A model generated the notes under the pieces. That model made no database searches. It saw nothing but the letters and a program-made list of their open reading frames with translations, and was not told the origin of the DNA. Shown piece by piece: positions 59,652 to 64,000 of a stretch of 64,000 nt of DNA. The position numbers were made by a program, and so were the translations under genes. Origin of the DNA: Minisyncoccota bacterium. Lineage in GTDB: Bacteria > Patescibacteriota > Minisyncoccia > Phycocordibacterales > UBA1006. Numbering within the stretch: position 1 is the first letter of the stretch; every line of letters begins with the position of its first letter. The stretch covers positions 403,714 to 467,713 of the forward strand of contig DASWYC010000002.1 in NCBI GenBank assembly GCA_036405175.1, written 5' to 3'.

Positions 59652-61613
59652 TTACCACTTACCACCACCACCTCCGCCACCAAAGTTTCCACCACCAAAT
59701 CCTCCAAAACTGCTACCGCCGCTTAAGCTGCCTCCCATAGGTGTTGAGTTTGTAGAGTAATACGAACGATTTGATGAACGAGCACTGCTGGCGCTGGACT
59801 TATCTGACTTAGCCTTCTTTATAGCCTGTTCGGCATTTTTATCAGCTTCCTCAAGATTTTTATGGACAAGAATCCAATCAACTCTTGATTCAGCTGCAAG
59901 CCTTTCAGCTTCAGTGAGATAGTTTTGGGCATCCCGAGCAAGATTCCTTGCTGTTGTACCCACATCACTATCTTTCACTTCTTTCTGGGCCTCTGTCACA
60001 ACTCCTTGAACTTCGGAAAGTCTGGTTACATACTTTGACTGTTTGCTTAGCAGCTCATTTACACGGGCTACTGCTGCGTCATACATATGCCCCAAACTAT
60101 CAATTAATTCTTTAATTGTCGCAGCTCGAAGAGCTGCATCAGTATATACTCCACGACTGTTACCCAGAACCTTGAGCTGAACGTTGCCAATTAACTCATT
60201 GGCACGAGCTATTTTATTTTCAAAGATAATCAAGGTATCAAGACCCGCCATTACAGTACTTGGATACTTACCAAGACTATCCATAACTTCCATATACTGA
60301 GCAACTTGTCGAGTAAAAAACTGTTGTTTTTTTAAAAACTCATTCATCTCTTCGACGTATTGTTTCTCAGCATCAATTTCTGATTGAATAGTTTTTTGTA
60401 ACTGGGTAATCCTTTCAGCAATCACATACGCTTTTAAGAAACAGGTACGCTTTGAGTCATGATCAGTAATTACAAGCTCTTTTGCAATCTCTGATTGAAT
60501 GAGTACCAATGCAGCACGTTCAGCATTAAAGTTATGCTTTTGTACTTCAGGTGATAATAATAACCCCTCAACCTTCTTCGCAAGCTCTTTGGTATCTTTA
60601 ATTGCTTGCTCGGCAGCAGTGTCGTAGAGTTTTACATCGTCCCTAATCTTGGCAAGCGCTCTGTCAACTTTATCGTATTGCTCAAGCTGAGCTTGCACAC
60701 GCTCAAGGTCCTTTTCTGAGATAAAGAAGCGCAAGACAAAGAATCCGGGAAGCGAATTAAGTGCTTCTATTGAATCTTCTTTTGCTTCCCAATATTCAGT
60801 AAATAGAGACTCTGAATCGTTTTTTGCCCAATTGGGCCACAACGGGTCTTCAACAACTTCATCAGCTACGATGTTGTTGTAATAAGTTTGCAATTCTTTT
60901 CTTCTTTTTGTAATCCGTCTGAATCGACGGATAATTACAATTGGCAAAGCAATAATACTTGCAAAAATCAAAAGAGCAACAATGCCACTAAATATTTTTT
61001 CAGTTAGTCTTTCGCGCTCAATTTTTCTTTGTCGAGCTTGTTCTTGCTTAAAGCGCTCGCGTTCGTCCCAAGAAATAGATGTGAGTGTTTTTTGAATCTC
61101 ATCAATTCCTGACTGCACGCCTTTGTCGTATTCTCCGACTTTAAAGTACGGAACAACTACATCCTGACATATGTGATTACATATCACATCAGTGAGATCA
61201 GCCTCAATTCCAGCACCTGTCGCAATGAACATGCTGCGCGATGTTCTTGCAATAAAAAACACAATACCGTTATTGAGACCCCTTTGACCCACTCCCCATT
61301 GCTTGCCAATGGCGATAGCTTCATCAGAGCCGTCTGCAATAGCATCCTCAACGATCACAACAGCAATCTGTATTGAGGTTCTATTGTCATAATTAATTAA
61401 CTGCTGTTCAAGACTTTCTCGAGTCTCAGCAGAAAGGAGCCCAATATAGTCGTTCACTAATCGTTGAGGATTAGGTTTTGGAGGGATTACTTGCGAGTAC
61501 CCCAATAGAGTAATGACCAACAAGGTCACAGTAGTGATAAATCTGATTTTCATTTTTGTATATTTATTAAAGAGTTTTATTATTTTGAGTTGACGCTTGG
61601 ATACCCCAAACAC
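59652..61613 (-). CDS. TPM-domain protein (YgcG-like) with a long coiled-coil insertion and Gly-rich C-terminus (probable start MKIRF at 61553)
   Basis: TPM signature 'VNDYIGLLSAETRESLEQQLINYDNRTSIQIAVVIV...NGIVFFIARTSRSMFIATGAGIE', TM 'IFSGIVALLIFASIIALPIVII', about 380 aa helical segment, terminal 'GGFGGGNFGGGGGGGKW'. Confidence 0.8.
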   Translation of the reverse strand: MFGVSKRQLKIIKLFNKYTKMKIRFITTVTLLVITLLGYSQVIPPKPNPQRLVNDYIGLLSAETRESLEQQLINYDNRTSIQIAVVIVEDAIADGSDEAIAIGKQWGVGQRGLNNGIVFFIARTSRSMFIATGAGIEADLTDVICNHICQDVVVPYFKVGEYDKGVQSGIDEIQKTLTSISWDERERFKQEQARQRKIERERLTEKIFSGIVALLIFASIIALPIVIIRRFRRITKRRKELQTYYNNIVADEVVEDPLWPNWAKNDSESLFTEYWEAKEDSIEALNSLPGFFVLRFFISEKDLERVQAQLEQYDKVDRALAKIRDDVKLYDTAAEQAIKDTKELAKKVEGLLLSPEVQKHNFNAERAALVLIQSEIAKELVITDHDSKRTCFLKAYVIAERITQLQKTIQSEIDAEKQYVEEMNEFLKKQQFFTRQVAQYMEVMDSLGKYPSTVMAGLDTLIIFENKIARANELIGNVQLKVLGNSRGVYTDAALRAATIKELIDSLGHMYDAAVARVNELLSKQSKYVTRLSEVQGVVTEAQKEVKDSDVGTTARNLARDAQNYLTEAERLAAESRVDWILVHKNLEEADKNAEQAIKKAKSDKSSASSARSSNRSYYSTNSTPMGGSLSGGSSFGGFGGGNFGGGGGGGKW

Positions 61614-61707
61614 TCAAACTATTTTTACTAAATCATATTAACATATATAGTAGTTAATGTCAATATACTCACTGGAGCAAAATATTAAAGTATGCTAATA
61701 TCTTTAT

Positions 61708-61998
61708 ATGACTGATTTATGTAACGACGTAGAAAAGTTTGGTAAAGGAATTGGAAGTGTTCCCCGCTATCGCATCGTGGAGGCACTTTTTTCTGGCGGT
61801 AAAACCGTCACTGAACTTGTTAAAAAGACCAAACTGTCTCAGTCGCTCGTTTCGCAACACTTACGAGTTCTTAAAGAGGCTCAATTGGTGCAGGACGAAC
61901 GTCGCGGACAAGAAGTGGTATATACGCTCAATAATAAACACATGATCAGTCTCCTTCAGCGCTTAACACAGGAGCTTAAGCCTCCCAAAAAGCACTAG
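61708..61998 (+). CDS. ArsR/SmtB-family transcriptional regulator
   Basis: 'VEALFSGGKTVTELVKKTKLSQSLVSQHLRVLKEAQLVQDERRGQEVVY' is a winged HTH with the ArsR pattern. Confidence 0.8.
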   Translation: MTDLCNDVEKFGKGIGSVPRYRIVEALFSGGKTVTELVKKTKLSQSLVSQHLRVLKEAQLVQDERRGQEVVYTLNNKHMISLLQRLTQELKPPKKH

Positions 61999-62028
61999 AC
62001 TCATTACTATCTAATCAACTATCTATAT

Positions 62029-62610
62029 ATGAATACACTCGCTATTAAAGTTATTGTTGGAAGTACCCGCGAAGGGCGCTTTGCGGATAAAGCTGCAACA
62101 TGGATTGCAGATGAGCTCAAAAAACAAGAAGGAGCTGACGTAGAGATCCTTGATCTCCGTGAGTATGAGATGCCATTTTTTAACGAAGCCGTAACCCCCT
62201 CATACAAAACAGAACCGTACAAGAATGAAGTAGTGGCGCGCTTCACGCAAAAGATTAACGAAGGTGATGCATTTGTGATTGTTACGCCAGAATATAACCA
62301 TAGTACTTCTGGTGTTCTTAAGAACGCTTTAGATTGGGTATATCAAGAATGGAATAACAAACCGGTGGCATTTGTCAGCTATGGATCAACCGGTGGTGCA
62401 CGTGCTGTTGAACAACTCCGCTTAATTGCAGTTGAACTCCAAATGGCACCAACGCGTAACGCGGTTCATATTCCTGGAGAGCAATACTTTCCTGTTCTTT
62501 TTGGACAAGGATCTGCACAAGAATTATTTGCAAAGATGCAATCACAAGCTGATGCACTTATCTCTCAGCTTATGTGGTGGACCAAAGCACTTAAAAATGC
62601 ACGAAAGTAA
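62029..62610 (+). CDS. NAD(P)H-dependent FMN reductase (flavodoxin-like, YieF/ChrR/ArsH-type)
   Basis: 'IKVIVGSTREGRFADK', 'FVIVTPEYNHSTSGVLKNALDW'. Confidence 0.8.
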   Translation: MNTLAIKVIVGSTREGRFADKAATWIADELKKQEGADVEILDLREYEMPFFNEAVTPSYKTEPYKNEVVARFTQKINEGDAFVIVTPEYNHSTSGVLKNALDWVYQEWNNKPVAFVSYGSTGGARAVEQLRLIAVELQMAPTRNAVHIPGEQYFPVLFGQGSAQELFAKMQSQADALISQLMWWTKALKNARK

Positions 62611-62637
62611 AAAGTAAAACACACCGTACGGTGTGTT

Positions 62638-63015
62638 TTACTTTTTCTTAACATTTTTTAAATTTTCTTCAACTCTAAATTTAACAATCTTTTCGATGAG
62701 TTGTATCGGCATTGGCTCGCTGAGTGGAAATTGCACCGATCCTTTTCCTTGCTTATATTTTGCAAAATCTTTTTTGAATGCGGTAACGCCGTTTGGCGTC
62801 GGATAGAATCCAATATGTTCTTTGAAGGCGGCAAAATATACGAGCGGCTTACCATTTAACTTAAATGCCGGCATTCCATATGCAATAGATTCTTCTGCTT
62901 GAGGTGCATTTTGCTTAACCGTTTTATACACCTGGTTTAAAACTTTTTGAACGTCTTTTGGAAATTCTGCAATATATTCTTTGATCGTTGCAGCAGCAGT
63001 TGTTTTCATGGTCAC
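62638..63015 (-). CDS. DUF1801 (YdhG-like) domain protein
   Basis: 'IAYGMPAFKLNGKPLVYFAAFKEHIGFYP' matches the YdhG-like pattern. Confidence 0.6.
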   Translation of the reverse strand: MTMKTTAAATIKEYIAEFPKDVQKVLNQVYKTVKQNAPQAEESIAYGMPAFKLNGKPLVYFAAFKEHIGFYPTPNGVTAFKKDFAKYKQGKGSVQFPLSEPMPIQLIEKIVKFRVEENLKNVKKK

Positions 63016-63045
63016 AGTATACCAATTTACGCTATACTATGGCTA

Positions 63046-63714
63046 ATGACCAAAACGTATACCCTTCCCAGCTCTTCAGTACAGGTAAAAGTAGTCACTC
63101 CTGATCAGCCAACAAATATGGTAGTAATTCTTCTGCCTGGCATTGGCGGCGGAGCGTTTTCTGATCGCTTCACCACACTTACTCAAGCATGTGTTGAAAA
63201 AGAAATTTCCATCGCTCTTTTTGATGGATGGAGCGGAATCCCTGACGTTAAAGAAAAAACATTTAATGAAATTTATAGCAATCTTGATGAGGCTATTTCA
63301 TTATTAAAAGAACTTGGATATGTCTCAATTACGGGTATCGGAAAAAGCTTTGGTGGAGGAATTCTGCTCACTCATCCTTCTCATCAAATTACAAAAAAAG
63401 TTCTTTGGGCTCCGGCGATTGGTATTAGTGAATCCGACTCAACACTAGAACAATTCAAGAATATAAAGTTAGGAGAAATTGGTTCGTTGTTTGATATTAC
63501 TATTAACAAAGACTTTTTTAAAGATATAGAAACCTCAACTTTAATAATTCATGGAACGCATGATGATCGTGTTCCCCTTTCAAATTCTGAAAAGATTATT
63601 TCTATGATGAATACGGGTGAACTTTTTACAATTGAAGGTGCTAATCATTCCTATAGCAACCCTGAGCACGAACAGCTTGTAATTCAAAAAACTTTAGAGT
63701 TTTTGACTAACTAG
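63046..63714 (+). CDS. Alpha/beta hydrolase (dienelactone hydrolase/peptidase S9-like); track ORF starts at 62947 but overlaps the upstream gene
   Basis: Nucleophile elbow 'GIGKSFGGG' and 'IIHGTHDDRVP' acid/His region. Start chosen at MTKTY. Confidence 0.75.
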   Translation: MTKTYTLPSSSVQVKVVTPDQPTNMVVILLPGIGGGAFSDRFTTLTQACVEKEISIALFDGWSGIPDVKEKTFNEIYSNLDEAISLLKELGYVSITGIGKSFGGGILLTHPSHQITKKVLWAPAIGISESDSTLEQFKNIKLGEIGSLFDITINKDFFKDIETSTLIIHGTHDDRVPLSNSEKIISMMNTGELFTIEGANHSYSNPEHEQLVIQKTLEFLTN

Positions 63715-64000
63715 GTATGAATTCTAAAGATAAAGAACAGCTTCTTACCCGCATCTTTAAACTGCACAAGGTTTTTCACGATGGACAAATTCCTACCATT
63801 GCCAATCATGAAGTTCACCCTGACGTTCCTATTGATAGCCGAGAAAACTATCTCTATTTCACCCTCCCCCCTTCTCTCAACTTTCAACGCCAAAGTCCTG
63901 CTATGTGGAAGTCTGCGTATGCAACATGACACGACCCAGAAACTCAGTATCTTTTCTTCCCGGAGAAAGTAATTGCAACTTCATATGAAAAAGTTCAACA

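Noticed and set aside
63711-63972. Short ORFs at the window end (63717..63929 plus, 63711..63932 minus, 63781..63972 plus)
   Set aside because: Mutually overlapping, no recognisable motifs, truncated context at the window edge. I cannot support any of them.

Overview
This AT-rich window looks like it comes from a small-genome, probably uncultivated bacterium. A Patescibacteria/CPR-like origin is only an inference. The standard genetic code applies: all long ORFs end on normal stop codons.

Conserved genes, all read from six-frame translations:
- uvrA (3'-partial at the window edge) and uvrB, separated by two AT-rich hypothetical secreted-protein genes.
- A minus-strand run: HD hydrolase; an IPT/TIG protein with a peptidoglycan-binding domain; tgt; then a cell-shape operon ordered mreC < mreB < rodA.
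- An unlinked rRNA operon on the minus strand with 23S and 5S only. There is no 16S and no spacer tRNA. The 23S carries a helix-45 intervening sequence of about 120 nt and is flanked by a leader/trailer processing stem.
- Further housekeeping genes: trmD, khpA, secG, an orphan family-5 solute-binding protein, RNase J with a His-rich N-terminal extension, GNAT, two MFS transporters, tyrS-metG-tatD, gpmI, eno, an EEP nuclease and tRNA-Ser(GCU).

The dominant feature is a 13.2 kb gene (32243..45397, minus strand) encoding a 4,384-aa secreted giant protein. It has a signal peptide and two blocks of 11-residue tail-fibre-like repeats, encoded by 33-bp tandem DNA repeats. A long run of modules carrying the 'GNVGIGTTxP' motif follows. 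The C-terminus carries a domain similar to the phage endosialidase intramolecular chaperone (peptidase S74, with 'SDVRLKQNI' as the predicted self-cleavage site) and a Gly/Ser/Thr/Asp/Pro low-complexity tail. Divergently adjacent is a CPBP-family intramembrane protease gene with a near-consensus promoter. Beyond it lie two small membrane-anchored proteins and a secreted protein with multiple FN3 domains. Together they look like a candidate cell-surface/attachment neighbourhood.

Downstream of tRNA-Ser is a small islet that resembles drug-resistance genes: a P-loop small-molecule kinase, two VOC (glyoxalase/bleomycin-resistance fold) proteins and an ANT(4')/KNTase-like nucleotidyltransferase. 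Other items:
- A GC-rich structured element, a closing helix enclosing three hairpins, in the mreC-tgt spacer.
- A TPM-domain protein with a long coiled-coil insertion.
- An ArsR / FMN-reductase / DUF1801 / alpha-beta-hydrolase cluster.
- Many perfect-hairpin bidirectional terminators.

No CRISPR array, transposase or integrase is visible.
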